Of a DNA stretch of 64,000 bases, positions 37,901-53,049 are shown one piece after another. The DNA comes from Lingula anatina. Taxonomy: Eukaryota; Animalia; Brachiopoda. The stretch lies in assembly GCA_051362555.1 (NCBI GenBank), contig CM120641.1, forward strand, positions 30,820,401 to 30,884,400, written 5' to 3'. The position numbers and the translations under genes are program-made. Position 1 is the stretch's first letter, and the number at the start of each line of letters is the position of its first letter. The notes below the pieces were generated by a model. It saw only the letters and a program-made list of their open reading frames with translations. It did not search any database and was not told the origin of the DNA.

Positions 37901-40889
37901 TGGGAAACCCGGAAAGATAAGAGTCGTTTTTGATTCCAGTTACACGTTCAATGGAACCTCCCTCAATGATGTTCTCCTTACGGGGCCTGACCTTCTAAAC
38001 AACCTATTAGGAGTGCTTCTCAGATTCAGGTCGGATTTGGTTGCATGTATGGCAGACATAGAACAGATGTTTTATTCATTTCATGTTAAAGAAGAACACA
38101 GAGACTTCTTGCGGTTCCTTTGGTTTGAGAACAATGATCCAGAGGGAAAGGTTGAGGAGTATAGAATGAAAGTGCATATCTTCGGGAACAGTCCCTCACC
38201 TGCTGTGGCGACATTCGGCCTTAGGAAGACTGCCCAAGAAGGACAACAGAAATACGGAAAGGATGCAAGACAGTTCGTAGAGAATGACTTTTACTGTGAT
38301 GACGGTCTGCTAGCTGTGCCAACTGTAGATAAAGCAATTGACATCCTTAAGCAGACGAAGGACATGCTAGCAGTTTCTAATCTACGATTGCACAAAATTG
38401 CTTCCAATTTCAGGGAAGTTGTGGAAGCATTTCCCGCATCTGAACGGGCAGCTGAAATATGTGATCTCAACCTAGATTTGGATGAAGCTCCACTCCAGAG
38501 GTCCCTTGGTATCCTTTGGAATTTACAGAGAGATACGTTTACTTTTCAGGTTACCTTGGACGAAAAACCTTTCACTAAAAGAGGTGTTTTGTCGGCCATT
38601 AATAGCATTTATGATCCTTTAGGCTTTGTACAACCGGTAGTGATAGGAGGAAAAGTTCTTCTCAGGCAAATGACACAAAACCAGGAGATTGGTTGGGACG
38701 ACCGACTGCCGGATCACCTAGCCCCAGCATGGCACTTGTGGCGTCAATCCCTTCTTGCACTCGCTGAAATAGAAGTTCCACGTGCATATACTCCAATCCC
38801 GTCAACAGAAGCTTCCAGAAGAGAACTACATGTATTCTCAGATGCCTCTCAACAAGCTATTGCAGCCGTAGCATATCTGAAGGTGATCGACAACCAAGGC
38901 AACATTCATGTGAGCTTCCTCATGGGCAAAGCCAAGCTTGCTCCAAAGCATGCCACAAGCATTCCCCGCTTAGAACTGAACTCTGCTGTGATCGCCGTTG
39001 AATTGAGAGATGTTATTACAAGTGAAATCCAGCTAGAAATCCATGAACAAAGGTTTTACTCAGACAGTCGAGTGGTTTTAGGCTATCTAACCAATCGAAC
39101 CAAACGGTTTTACGTGTATGTGGCTAACAGAGTAGAGCGCATCTTAAGATCCACGTCTTCAGAACAGTGGACTTATGTGCCGACCAACGTTAATCCTGCA
39201 GACCATGCCACAAGACCTGTGACAGCAGAAGGCTTACCTGCAACATCATGGTTGCAAGGCCCAGGTTTTCTCAAGTCTACGCCAGAGCTTGACCTGACAG
39301 TGAACTCGGACAAAATGTTTCTTGTCTCTGATGATGATGTGGAGGTGAGACAAGACACGAAAGTATATGTTACTTCGGTACTCTCTGGCAGGTTACCTAT
39401 GCATCTGCACTTTACCCGTTTCTCCAGTTGGAACACCCTTGTAAGGTCTATTGCACGCTTGATCCGCGTAGTCAGATGTTTGAAGGCTACAAGATGCCGA
39501 ACTCGAGGCGTTTGGCATGTCTGTCCCATAAAAGTACAAGATGTGAAAGCAGCGGAGAAGATGATACTACATAACGCTCAGAAAGAGTCATATTCCAAAG
39601 AAATATGTGTCCTAAAGCAAGGTCATACCCTGCCCAGCGCCAGCTCCATTGCGTCACTAAACCCTTGCCTGGATGATGATCAACTCTTAAGAGTTGGGGG
39701 ACGTCTAAAGCATGCTGATGTATCTGACAAGGAGAAGAACCCTTTTGTAGTCCCTGGGGATTCACACGTTTCTACTCTTCTCATTCGGCACCACCATGAA
39801 AGAGTTCAGCATCAAGGCAGGCATTTCACAGAAGGAGCTGTGAGAAACGCTGGTCTTTGGATAATTGGTGCTAAAAGAAAAATCGGCAGCCTCATCCATA
39901 AGTGTGTAACATGCAGGAAGCTGCGAGGAAAATTTGAACAGCAACAAATGGCCGACTTGCCGTCGGAAAGGCTTGAGCAGCAGCCCCCTTTCACAAATGT
40001 CGGCGTCGATGTATTTGGTCCATGGGAAGTTGTAACCAGACGGACACGTGGAGGGAGCGCCAACAGCAAAAGATGGGCAGTACTTTTTACCTGTTTCTCA
40101 ACCAGAGCCGTCCATATAGAGGTAATAGAATCCATGAGTGCCTCTTGCTTTATAAACGCTCTCAGAAGATTTTTTGCTATAAGGGGACCAGCAAAGATGA
40201 TAAGATCCGACCGTGGGACAAACTTCGTGGGAGCCGCGAAAGAAATGGAATATTATCTTCGGGTCCATGGATGCAGATGGGAGTTTAATCCTCCACACGC
40301 GTCCCACATGGGAGGTTCCTGGGAAAGAATGATTGGTTTAGCAAGACGAATCCTCAACTCTATGTTATCGCAACCAGGAAAATCCAACCTAACTCATGAG
40401 ATCCTCACCACCCTCATGGCTGAGGTTTCTGCTATTATAAACGCCAGACCTTTGGTGCCAATCACAACGGATCCTGAGGCTCCAATCATGCTAACACCAT
40501 CTATGCTTTTGAATCAGAAGATATGCGAAGGAGACGATATGGGAGACTTCTCAGATGTCGTCTTGTACAGGCAGCAATGGAAGAGGGTCCAAGCGCTTGC
40601 AGATCAATTCTGGGCAAGGTGGAGAAAAGAATACCTGGTCATTTTACAGCCCAGAAAAAAGTGGAACCGCCCGTCCCCAAACCTCAAGTTAGGAGACGTA
40701 GTACTGATAAAAGATAACTCAACCAAAAGAAACCAGTGGCCCATGGGCATAGTCATTAACACCTTCCCCAGTCAGGATGGGTTAGTAAGGAGAGTAGAGG
40801 TCAAGACAGGCCATGGTTCTCGTAAATATCTTAGGCTTGTAACAGATATTGTAGTTATTGTAGAAGCCCAAGTGGAAATTGAGGAGTGA
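34980..40889 (+). pseudogene. BEL/Pao gag-pol, copy 2
   Basis: Near-identical to copy 1. 5-nt deletion at ~36330, 9-nt in-frame deletion at ~36780, 1-nt deletion at ~37405 and 15-nt in-frame deletion at ~37903. RT-RNaseH-IN is open through 40889. Confidence 0.95.
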
Positions 40890-40916
40890 AATCTCTTAGA
40901 TATCAGACGGGGAGTG

Positions 40917-42069
40917 TGTTGAAACCAATTATTATTGTTATTATTATTATTTACTATTGTTTAATAGCAACAGGATTGAGCGCTGTCTCTGTATTGGGGT
41001 TAGATTATTGTATAACGGGTAGTGGCGCGTTCAATCTGGTGAGGGGTGTCGGCCGGACCCCATTGGTCAGTAACCCCCATGTTACGGGGATAAGTGGCGT
41101 GATCGATCTGGTGAGGGGTGTTGGCTGGATGTTATTGGCCAGAAACTCTGATATTAGTTAGTTACTCTTAGAACGATCTTCATTCACTCACACGATACTC
41201 AGAAGATACACGCCGTTCTAGTTCTTCAGTAGGAAGACGCAACTCCGTCAACCGTAGGAGTTAAAGTAAGCGCTTTTATTTTATTAATATGTTAGTGAGA
41301 TTATAGTGAGTTTTAAGGTTGTTTTAATGCTAAGTTATATGATTTAGTTCGTAAACATACCTTAAATTGCTGCCGCGACGATCTTTGATAGCGTTCAGTG
41401 TCATTTAATGATACAGGTTTACTTAGGGTGATTTCGTGTTTGTTTTCGTTTGCGCAATGTGTCACTACAATTTATCTGGCGTATTTCATTGTATAAACCC
41501 TCTGTAAAAGCTATATTCGATCGTAGAACGGCTATTTAGCTTAGTGCAAACTTACTGTATCAGCGTTGTTATTCAAGTGATATCGTGTAGAGTTTAGCGG
41601 GTCAGCGAATTTATTGTTGGTTCCCGTTTTCAGGTCATTGCGAATCTGTAGCACGTTCTCAGTACTGCTTCGCACGTTTTAGCCGGTGACACCACTTCTT
41701 GTAAGAATTTATCTTTGTTTATCTAGTACGGTAAATGTTGTTGAATTTAGTACAGATACATGTACGTTGTATTGTGCATTGGTATTGAAATTAGGCTCTA
41801 GTACGAAAAACGATCTTTAAAATTGCTCACTTTTATTACCGTACCTACCGTTAAGTTTTGTAGAGCCTTCTTACTATCGTCACAACTGTGTTACCGTAAT
41901 TGCCCTTTAATTTTTAGACGAAATAGTTTTGTAAAGTTTACTTTGTTATTGTCTTTGTACTTATATTTTGTTTATTTTTTCTTATTAAAGTTTACCGCTA
42001 TTACATCTCAACAAGACGTGTTGTGTTGTATGGTAGGCTGTCTGATGACGATAGTCAACGGTCAGAACA
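40917..42069 (+). repeat. BEL LTR3 (internal deletion near 40978)
   Basis: Same sequence as LTR1 but lacking the ATTCCTAGG...CCTCCT block. Confidence 0.95.
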
Positions 42070-42070
42070 G

Positions 42071-42155
<85 letters not shown>

Positions 42156-42369
42156 TTGGAAATTTTAACTTAAAGGCCATACTTTTAAACCCTACCCTCA
42201 GGTCATTTTAAAGTCTTTTCATGCAAGAATGTTGTCTAAAAACTGGGGTTGATACATTGTTGTTATCTGACGTTGATCCAACTTTCAAATCCAACATTTA
42301 TCCAACGTCTTATCAACGTTATGGTTCAACATTGTTTCAATGTTAAAACAACATGATTTGCCCGCTGGG

Positions 42370-43440
42370 AACACTAACAAACACAGTAAACAAAATAAAT
42401 TTAAAAAACACAATCACAATATAGACATACACAGTGATCAGAATAAATTTTGAAATGTACAGTGACAACAGTAACGTGCACCGTAATGATAATGAACACA
42501 AGTAAAAAGAGTAAAAAGCATCATAATATGTACAAACACATTCAGTTACAATACAAAATCGACACAGCAAACAGAATATAAACAGACACATATCTGTAGA
42601 CATATAGTGAACAACATTATCATGCAGAGTAATAGTAATGATTATAGCAAATACACTGACAAAACGAACATGCACAGTGCTCATAATAAATACAAACACC
42701 AACAGTAACGACACAAGCACACGCAGTGATGACATAAAATGCAAATGCAAATACTAACAAAACAAACATGCACAGTAATAACAATGATTATAAACAAATA
42801 GAAAGACAGACTTAAACAGTGATCAGAATTATATGCAGACAAAAACAGTAACAACACAAACATACACAGTGATCACAGAAAATACAAATGCAAATACTAA
42901 ATAAACAAACATGCACAGTAATAATCATGATTATAAACAAATAGAAAGACAAACAGACTTAAACAGTGATCAGAATTATATGCAGACAAAAACAGTAACA
43001 ACACAAACATACACAGCGCTCAAAATAAATATTATCATATAAGGTGACAGTAGTAAAGTGCATCCTAATGACAATGAACACAAGGAAAAATTTAGAGAGA
43101 AAGCCATACACAGTCATCACAATATGTAAAAACACATTCAGTAACAATACAGAATAGACACAGCAAACAGAATATAAACAGACACATAGAGATACATAAG
43201 ATAAACAAACACACAGGGATACAGTGACAACACAATCATGCAGAGTAATAGTAAATATTACAAACAAATAGAGTGACAAAACTGACATACATAGTGCTCA
43301 TAATAAATACAAACACAAATAGTGACAACACAAACATGCACAGTAATCAAAATAAATAAAAACAAACAGTCAAAATACAGACATACACAGTGATCAGAAT
43401 AAATTTTGACATCTACAGTGACAAGAGTAACGTTCACCGA
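42370..43440 (-). repeat. Degenerate ~350-bp satellite built of short RTYACTGT-type subunits (AC-rich orientation)
   Basis: Recurrent ACAGTGAC/ACAGTAAT motifs. Same family as 49055-50183, 53480-54229 and 56211-61242. Confidence 0.85.
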
Positions 43441-43641
43441 GGTTAGCGTATTATAAGATGGGCTAGGGGATTTTGCCAATAGAGGGGTTTGTGTGAGAAC
43501 TACTGTAGTTATTTTTCATATCACTCGGTGCGCTGTATTCCCACTCACAATATGATGATGTAGACGTATGACCCTTTTAAGCTCAAGAAGTAGGGATAAA
43601 CTTACAGTTAATAGCAATGAATTTATTTTGTTTAGGTGTTA

Positions 43642-43682
<41 letters not shown>

Positions 43683-45632
43683 GTTTTAAGGAATCCCACA
43701 TGTAATATGAGAACCGAATAACTGAAATGAGTTAAAACAGAGTTAGAAGGAGCAGATTTGTGCGCTTTATAAATTAACGTTATCATTTATAAGCATTTTC
43801 ACATGATTATTTTAAAATGAATGTTTGATAAAGATAACATGTTTTGGGGTATTGACTTTAGCAACTGAGGAAGGGGGAGGGGGCTCATCACACTGAGCTG
43901 GCACAATGCCTACATACGTGTATATGCATGTAATTAATTTTAATTTATTAGTTTCCACATTTAATATTAATGGGCAAAACAATCCACATCATTATATATA
44001 TATTATAAAATGTATATTATATTATTTATAAATGGGCAAAACAATCCGCACAATCATAATATAGGCCTACATGTTACATTAACCAAGTGTATAGGCTACA
44101 AGTTGGGAATTAACGATGTTGTGAGGGGAATAGTATGAGTACCCCCTCCCTCTCTCCCCCGTAAATACTCTTTAGTAGTTGAAATTGTCAGTTACAGCTA
44201 TGAACTTACATAATCTGAAGATACATGAAATTAAATGGATTAATTACACTTTATTAATCGACTTCAAATGAATAACATGCAGTGGCAGATTTAGGACCAG
44301 GTGTGTGTTGGGTCCTGACCCCCCCCCCCCCCCCCCCCCTTTGATGTCTGTAAAAAATAACATTATGTCGAGAAAAGTGGGAACAGTGTGGGTTGATTTG
44401 TCCCATATATAGTTTATAATGGTAAACCTGTTAATTGTTTCTTGGCATCGATTTGTATATTTGATGCTAGCCCAGGAAGCCAAAAAGATATAACTGTTAT
44501 TCCGCTAATTTATTGTCCACCAACGAAGTAGAATTTAACAATTTAATTGACCCATTCTTACCAAGACAAATGCTCAAAGCAAAATTATAGTGGTATGCTC
44601 AGATGCTTTATTTACTACTTTTAAAATGTACATGTAGTTCTGTCTCATTTTTGTACTAGGTACCTAGCAATCTCTTAGGACGTATAAAATAAATGTTTAA
44701 TCAAAATCAGGGATTCGATATGAAAGACATTTATAGTGGTGTAAAATACCACTTTGGGTATTTTATAATTGATATAAATAATTAATTAAAATAATATTCA
44801 TATCCTTAGATAAGCTTAGAAGGGGGCAGTCGATAGACATTCGGGAATGATCGTGACCGGTGCACATGGCACGAGATAAAATTTAGAAATGCCTTTGAAG
44901 GCTAGGGCGGATAATGATGATCCAGGAAACACGGTGACTGAGTTGGGGCAAAGCCTGAGACAAAAGGACTGCGCTCAGTCAAGTGTTATTTCTTCCTGGT
45001 TATTAAAATTCCTGAATGATCTACTATAAAGGCTGCCCTGTTTTAAGGTGAATTCATATCGTATTTTGGCTCTGGCGTTATCATTATACATTTTGGACTG
45101 ACAGTTACTATGTAGAAGAAACCTCTGTATATTTTCCAAAAGACAGTATTAAATTTCCACTTGCGTCATATGAGAATCTTGTTCATTTTATTAGATCAGC
45201 TGGGCGCACAACACTAGGGCCAAGAACCAGCGCGTTATCTAACATGACATTATTTTAACGTAAAGTCTGACTGACGAAGTCTGAGACTTAACAATTTGTT
45301 GTAGATGGATATTTTTCTTTTGTTTAAACACTCCTTTTTGTTAATTCAATTTTGTTTCGGTGTTTTTTCCTGTTAGGAATCCTGTAACTTACATTGTAGA
45401 AGTGAATAATTTGTTCACTGGGTGCTGTTTTACTGAGCCACACATATATAATCCACCGAGCTTAAACCTGTGAAACATTGGGTTGGGAGTTTTGCACATG
45501 CATGCCCACTATTAAGCAATGTTGTTGGTTACCAAATAATAGCAAAAACTAAGAAAGTGTAGTCCCCCCAAAAAAAATACAAACAAAAATATATTTATTC
45601 ACATAAGTCTTATAATATTTTTAGCATAAATA

Positions 45633-45837
45633 TGGGCGTATTCCCAGACATTTAGATTGATCTATCCCCGTGGGGAGTCTCACTAGATTACTGTCAGATA
45701 ATCCGGCTTAAATGTCCGTCCCGCCTACTACAAGCTGTAAGGGGGTAATTAACTTTCGTGCCCACTCGGCTGACAGCTATTTAGCGGGAGTTAGGTTGAT
45801 CTAGTTTGGATCGATCTAATCTCTGGGAATGGGGTCT
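45633..45837. mobile_element. Small palindromic MITE (PIF/Harbinger-like)
   Basis: GGGCGTATTCCCAGACATTTAGATTGATC ... GATCGATCTAATCTCTGGGAATGGGGTC. Confidence 0.4.
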
Positions 45838-45928
45838 ATGTCACCCACAGAAAAAGTAGTTTGAAAAAAAAGAAAAAAAGAAAAAGATACAGTTTATAAA
45901 GGAAGTTAAAATAAATCTCCATCATGGG

Positions 45929-45975
<47 letters not shown>

Positions 45976-48520
45976 TAGATTTATATTTTACATTGAATAC
46001 ATTGTAAACAACTCGGACAAATATAATAAATTCTATTTTACCACCAAAATGGTGGTTCTTGCAATTATTCTAGAATCTGTGCTTGCCACTGAACCATATG
46101 TGACCTTCAATCTTCACAGATGATTAACCTCTGATAATCTCTTAAGAGATGGGGGAAACACTCTAAATTATTAGTACCACCAGAATGTACGCTGGCAATA
46201 CTCATGATTTTAGTGACACTCGTTTGAATGCGTCCTTGTCATAATTTTTGAAAATTCAATGCTAAATATCTCTCAAACCGAAGGAATTTTGAGAAAATTT
46301 ACTATAAAAGTCTAACCAAAAGTCATGTGGAGATTCCACATATGCCCTTGGATTTGACTTTCGCCCTTTATTTCAAGGTCAAACAGGCTCTTAGGTGTGT
46401 GTACTGCAGGTAATAAAGAGACCTTTGATTTGGAACTGGAAAAAATGTTGCAAACCACCCAAAATTAATTTTTTTAAATTAAGAATTTAACTGTATTCCA
46501 GTTTATTAATTTATTAATTTATTAATTATTAATAAAATTAACATAACTTAAGTGGCTCTTTTACTTCACTTGCACAGTTTTGTTCAGATCTTAAAATAAT
46601 TTTTCCCACAATTATATAAAAATGAAGACATAAATACAGTACAGTATTATACCCTTAATTCAGATGCTAGTGCACATGACTTTTTAACAAGTCCATCACC
46701 CAGACACCATTTTCAAAGATATACCAGCAGCATCCCATTTGCACTTTATACAAAGGGTAATAATACAAACATATAAAAAGATGTAATGGAACCCCCACAG
46801 TTAATGCAAAAGTTTGAACCAATATTCTTCATGTATAATATTTAATATAAGTGTATGGCAGTACATAATAGTAACACAATTTCCAGGATTTGGTAGTAGT
46901 AGCCTCTTACAGAATTATACTGGATCCATTATCGTTTCTGCATTAAATAAAGACATTACATTTATAATCACTGGGCCAGTTAAAATTCCCTTTTGCACTT
47001 GTACAATTAAAAAAACTGTCACAAGTGTTGCATTATGACAAAGTTAACCTGCTCTTATATGCCCAATAGGTATTATTTTGAAGTGCCTTTTGTCTGCAAC
47101 AACTGAAAATCAAGAAAAAGATACTATTAGTTATTAGCATTAATCATCAAACCAAAGGGATAACACAGTGACATTTCCAGACAGACAGGTGGGAAAACAT
47201 GACCCTATCTATTTTGGAAGCGTCAAGAGTCCAGGAATTTTAAGTGTCAAAAACTGTGAGATCCTTATAAAGGCTATCTCTGGGCATAGCAATTGAATGA
47301 ATTTGCCAACTAAATCCATAAATATAAATATTAATGCATGTCTTGAAAATAAATAAGGTTACATATTACGTCTTTCTTAGAATTACATTTTTGGTATTTT
47401 AAATGTAACATCCAACTCTTACTTGTAAATCAAAATATCTTAATTCTCATTATTATTATTTTAACAAAATTAAATTCCATATTCACACCAACATTTCTTA
47501 AAATCAAAATAAATATAGCCTAAGCACTAAAAAGTATTGTGGGAGATCTTTGGTGTTTTGTCCAATCCATATTCCAACAGGTGCTCCACTGCCTGAATAA
47601 AAATAATAATGATAACAAAATTACTATTAATACACCAGGAAAAAAGGAAAATCCCTACACAATGTTTTAATGTATATATACAAATATGTCTATACAAAGT
47701 TAATTTTGTTGTTCAATACATTACAGATTAGTTGATGTTATTAATACTTCTATCATCTTATTATATTTATCAGTTCTAACCAAATGTCATTGGTGATTTT
47801 CCATGTGACATTTAATGTTGTCATTTTATTGCACCTGTTGGTGCTTTGTGGAGGAACAGCATCTTCAATGATAACCTAAAGCTTGTATAATTTCAAAGTG
47901 GAGAAAGCATTTGTTACATTTATAATATAAAAATATGAATGCTTATGGTATTCATTTTAAAATAACACTTATCTTACAAATTGCACCATTCCATAATATG
48001 TTAACATTAAACCGTTCTCCTAACTCAAATGTACAGCAATCAACTCAGAAAAAAATAATTAAAAATTAGAATAAAAATTATGGTCTGCAGTAATATGATT
48101 ATTAGAAAATCCACAGATAAAATCGACCAACTTTGAGTATCAGGTGCCAGTTTGTCACCATGGCATATTGACCATGAAAAACAACTAGATGGCTACACTT
48201 GTAGACTATGAAGAAGAAACTGAACTGGCAAACAATTTATGAACAGATAGAATTTTTAAAAGCAACACTATTTTTTAAATCATTAAATGGACATTCACCA
48301 AAATACATCAGGGACTTACTAGGTACATGTACCAGTAGTACAACCATGGACACTACAGACAGAATAATCTGATTACGTAATAAGGGAAATCTCTGGCAGA
48401 CATAAAGACACAATTAAGGTCCAATATGGGCTTTGGTTGAAATATGGAATTGCTTTAACTCTGAAATTAACAACTCCAAAGACTTGGATACTTTAAAAAT
48501 ATTTTTAAAAAATCAAAAGC

Positions 48521-48526
<6 letters not shown>

Positions 48527-48587
<61 letters not shown>

Positions 48588-48592
48588 TCCCC

Positions 48593-48643
<51 letters not shown>

Positions 48644-48686
48644 TAAATGTATACAAATAATACAGTGTATGTTTTACCCTCTAAAG

Positions 48687-48733
<47 letters not shown>
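48527..48733. repeat. Compound microsatellite (TA)n-(TG)n-(TAT)n
   Basis: Direct read. Other tracts: (TG)n at 43645-43681 and (CA)n at 45937-45970. Confidence 0.95.
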
Positions 48734-49054
48734 CAAGCTAAACATGCAAATAATTCTTTGTCCAAGTGGAAATTAACTAACACCAGTCTTGCAACTTCAA
48801 AAATAAAAGTGATCAATAGATTTATCTCTATCTCTTGCACGCGCGTGTGCACACACATACACACACTCACACACGAAAACACGTAAACATAAATTTAAAT
48901 AGCAACCTTCATTGCTGTTAAGTTTACCTGCTATTTTCAGGTTAATGTCTCTGTCATCATTTTGTGAGTGGGAATACAGTGCACCAAGTGGTATGAAAAA
49001 TAACTAGTTCTCACACAAAGCCCTCTATTGGAAAAATCTTATAAAACACTAACC

Positions 49055-50183
49055 GTTCACCATAATGGGAATGAACACAAGGAAAAAGAGTGTAAATGAA
49101 GTTGTACACAGTCATCACAATATAAATATACAAACACATTCAGTAACAATACAGAATAGACACAGCAAACATAAGACAAACAAACACACAGGCATACAGT
49201 GACAACACCATCATGCACAGTAATAGTAATGATTATAAACAAATAGTGAAAACATAGCCGTAAAAATCATCACAATATATATAAACACATTCAGTAACAA
49301 TACAGAATAGACACAGCAGACAGAATATAAACAGACACATAGAAGATACATAGGATAAACAAACACACAGGGATACAGAGACAACACAATCATGCAGAGT
49401 AATAATAAAGATTACAAACAAGTGATAAAATTGACAATAACGTTTACATTAATGAGAATGAACACAACAAAAAAGAGTGAAAGTCGTACACAGTCATCTC
49501 AAAATATACAAACACATTCAGTAACATGACAAAATAGACACAGGAAACAGAATATAAACAGACACATACACAAACAGTGACAACATCATCATGCAGAATA
49601 ATGTGTTCATTTGTATTTAATTTGATTACTGTGCATGTTTGTGTTGTCACTATTCGTGTTTGTATTTATTATGAGCACTGTGTATGTTACTTTTGTCACT
49701 TTATCTTTTAATAATCATTACTATTACCCTGCATGATGATGTTGTTCACTATATGTCTATGTGTCTGTTTATATTCTGTTTGCTGTGTCTATTTTGTATT
49801 GTTACTGAATGTGTTTGTAAATATTGTGATGACTGTGTACGACTTCGTTTTCAATCTTTTTCCTTTTGTTCTTTCTCATTACGGTGAACGTTACTGTTGT
49901 CACTGTACATGTGAAGTTTATTTCTAATTACTGTGTATGTCTGTATTTTGACTGTTTTTGTTTTTATTTATTTTGATTACTGTGCATGTTTATGTTGTCA
50001 CTGTTCGTGTTTGTATTTATTGTGAGCACTGTGTATGTCAGTTTTGTCACTCTATTTGTTTGTAATCATTACTATTACTCTGCATGATGTTGTTGTCACT
50101 GTATCTCTATGTGCCAGTTTAAATTCTGTCTGCTGTGTCTATTCTGTATTGTTACTGAATGAGTTTGTACATATTGTGACTGT
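49055..50183. repeat. ~350-bp satellite containing an orientation switch at ~49602
   Basis: AC-rich orientation up to ~49602, TG-rich after. The landmark TGAGCACTGTGTATG recurs at 49671 and 50023. Confidence 0.85.
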
Positions 50184-50201
50184 TGTGGGGAACCCCCTTA
50201 A

Positions 50202-52613
50202 CCCAGCTAGAATGGGAGCCCCGGCTGCCCACAGGAGCCCAGGCTGCCAGAGAGACTGCCAGGGAGACTGTCCTTTTGCAGTCTGGGGCTCCAGTGTGCA
50301 GTCTCCTTGAGCAGGCAGACTGCAGAGGGGGCTGCAATAACTTAAATATTTTTGCAGGGGACTGCAAAGGAGGCTGCAATAACTTCAACATTTTGCAGGG
50401 GACTGCAAAGGAGGCTGCAATAACTGACATTTTTAACATTGCCCAACGTATGCAATAAAAAAACCCAATAGTTACTTTAAAAGTGTTTCTATTCGCAACT
50501 GAGAAGCATGTATGCTAATCTTTTGATCAGTTATCAGGCTTAAAAGAAAACATTTTCTTTTTATTAAGAGCTTGTCAAAATGACTTTAAAATTGTTTGGG
50601 TTAAAAGCAGTTGTTGGCTTTAATCCTCCAAGCTATATATACACTAATATATAGTACATTTACTTCACCTATAAAAAATAACTGAGTGAACAGATTTATA
50701 TTTTTTAAATAATGCTGTGAAAATATTATATGCTTAATCATTGCTATTATTATCATTGAAATTAGACAAATGATTTAAGTCTTATTTTAATATACAATTG
50801 CACAATGTATAAATTTTAAACCTCACAGTTAGCATCAATTGGACTTAAAATCAACTGGTAACTTTCAATAGACCAAATTCATTTCAAGTTAGGGGCATGT
50901 TTATCTTAACTGTCAGTTTGATATAAACAGTCCGCCTACAGCTTGCTCAATGAGATCAAATTACTATACTGGACAGTACATAGCACAGTTTAAACAGGCA
51001 GTAGTCCGTTGGGCTGATTCAAATATCTAAGCCAGAAGCTATAGGTCAGGAATGTTCTAAGGAAGAGGCAAGAAATCTGAAAACATTGATTTCTGGATTG
51101 AAAAAGAAGACATTTTTAGGAAATATAGAAAGAAAAATGAAGAGATAAAGAGACAGGATAAGAAGTGAGCATGCAAGCCTTTTTGGTTTTGTATTTTCCT
51201 ACATGTATAGTTTACTGATGCACCAGGATCCATAGAGCCTTGGAAAGTGTTCAATTTTAACCCAGCACTTTGAATTCTGTTTGTGGTTTTGAAAAGTACT
51301 TGGAATTGCTATTAGGCTAGAAAAAGGTTTGCATTTAACCATTTTGGTCCTTGTAAAAATCTTATTTTAAATTCTTTAGTTTTTGGCATGAATATCAACA
51401 ATAATTCACAGATGAGGATAATTGCCTTTTAAAACATCTCTGTACATTTCATCATCATGCAGTGTGTTAAAAATACCAAGTTTAAATGAAATGAGCCTTT
51501 TTTTCCTTTGGTATGTACACTTTAAAATTGTATTAGTGTATAACTTGCCCTCATTAGTTGAAAAAACCTTAAAAATTACTTGAAATATTGCTGTTATGTG
51601 TCTGTATATATGAATCCTGGTCAGTGAATTCTGTGATAGAGTTTTTGGAATGATTAAATAACATACAGTAGAATTAATTCCCAGCCCTCTGCTAATATGG
51701 GCTTTGTAGAAATATATATATATGTAAAGCAGTAAACTGAAGTAAATTGTATGGAGAGAAATAAACCAATATGTTAGATATAAATGGATCAGATAACATA
51801 CATTTTATGATCAAGGGGAAATTTTGTATTTAGATTTGAACTTAAACACATACTTTGGAGAAAGATTATTTCTAAATTCCTTTTGATAAATGTAATTATT
51901 GTTTGAATATACAAAAAATAAATAAATAAATAAAATATATAAATAAAAAGATTTTACCAAATTTTATTTTGCCAGTTGCCTAGGGAGACTGCATAGTAGA
52001 CTGCTAGAGGGGCTGCCAAGCAGACTGCTAGAGGGGCTGCCAAGCAGACTGCCAGGGGGACTGCCAAGCAGACTGCTAGGGGGGCTGCCAAGCAGACTGC
52101 CAGGGGGACTGCCAAGCAGACTGCCAGGGGGGCTGCCAAGCAGACTGCTAGGGGGGCTGCCAAAGCAGACTGCTAGGGGGACTGCCCAGGCAGTCCCTCT
52201 GGCAGCGCGTTCCAAAAATGCAAATTAAGACTGCCAGAGGGACTGCCAAGCAGACTGCCAAGGGGGCTGCCAAGCAGACTGCTAGGGGGGCTGCCAAAGG
52301 AGACTGCTAGCGGGACTGCCCAGGCAGTCCCTCTGGCAGCGCGTTCCAAAAATGCAAATTAAGACTGCCAGGGAGACTGCCAAGCAGACTGCTAGGGGGG
52401 CTGCCAAAGCAGACTGCTAGGGGGACTGCCTGGGCAGCGTTCCAAAAATGCAAATTAAGACTGCCAAGGGGACTCCCTCCATACTTAAGGATACCTGCAA
52501 AGGAGGCTGCTATGGGAGCGGGGACTGCTAGGGAGACTGCAAAGCAGGCTCCATGGGGGGACTGTAAAGGAGACTGCAAGCAGACTACAAAGGGGACTAC
52601 TTTTCTAGCTGGG
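50202..52613. mobile_element. CACTA-like non-autonomous element with GC-rich subterminal tandem repeats, TSD TAA
   Basis: TAA|CCCAGCTAGAA...TTCTAGCTGGG|TAA. 24-bp CAGACTGCYAGGGGGRCTGCCAAG repeats at 51990-52470. Confidence 0.8.
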
Positions 52614-53049
52614 TAAACCATCCCGGGGCCCCCACATTACATAAAATGACCCTTTAATAATAAAACCCCAGGGTTTGTGCACAATGGGCTAACATCTTTG
52701 GATAACGCTATCTGTAATACTGCTAAGGGGATTCCCAGGTTCCTTGTCTTAAATTCTGCACACGGAAAAGAATGAAACGACTCCATGTTGTAACTTCAAC
52801 AGAATATATTTTTCTACAATAAAAGTTACATGATGCAAGTATATGACCTCTCTCCTCCTCTCTTTAGCTCTCCCTCTCTAGATTTTAGTTTACAGGTTTT
52901 TATGCTAAACTTTATCTACTAAATTGTCAATCACATAACTTAAAAACTGATTGGTTACTTCATACACAAAGCCACCTTCTTCCAGGTGGGCACTCCTAAT
53001 AACACCCTGTAATCTAGTTCTAACAGACTACTGGCTTCGGAACAAAGGA

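Larger units (their letters stand above)
43441..49054. mobile_element. 5.6-kb TIR element of unresolved superfamily inserted in satellite
   Basis: ~100-120-bp imperfect TIRs GGTTAGCGTATTATAAGAT... / ...ATCTTATAAAACACTAACC. Flanks GTTCACCGA / GTTCACCAT, and the satellite continues in register on both sides. Confidence 0.75.

Noticed and set aside
51954-52621. Repetitive ORFs (AAPLAVCL)n / (GSPPSSLL)n
   Set aside because: Artefacts of a 24-bp subterminal repeat lacking stops.
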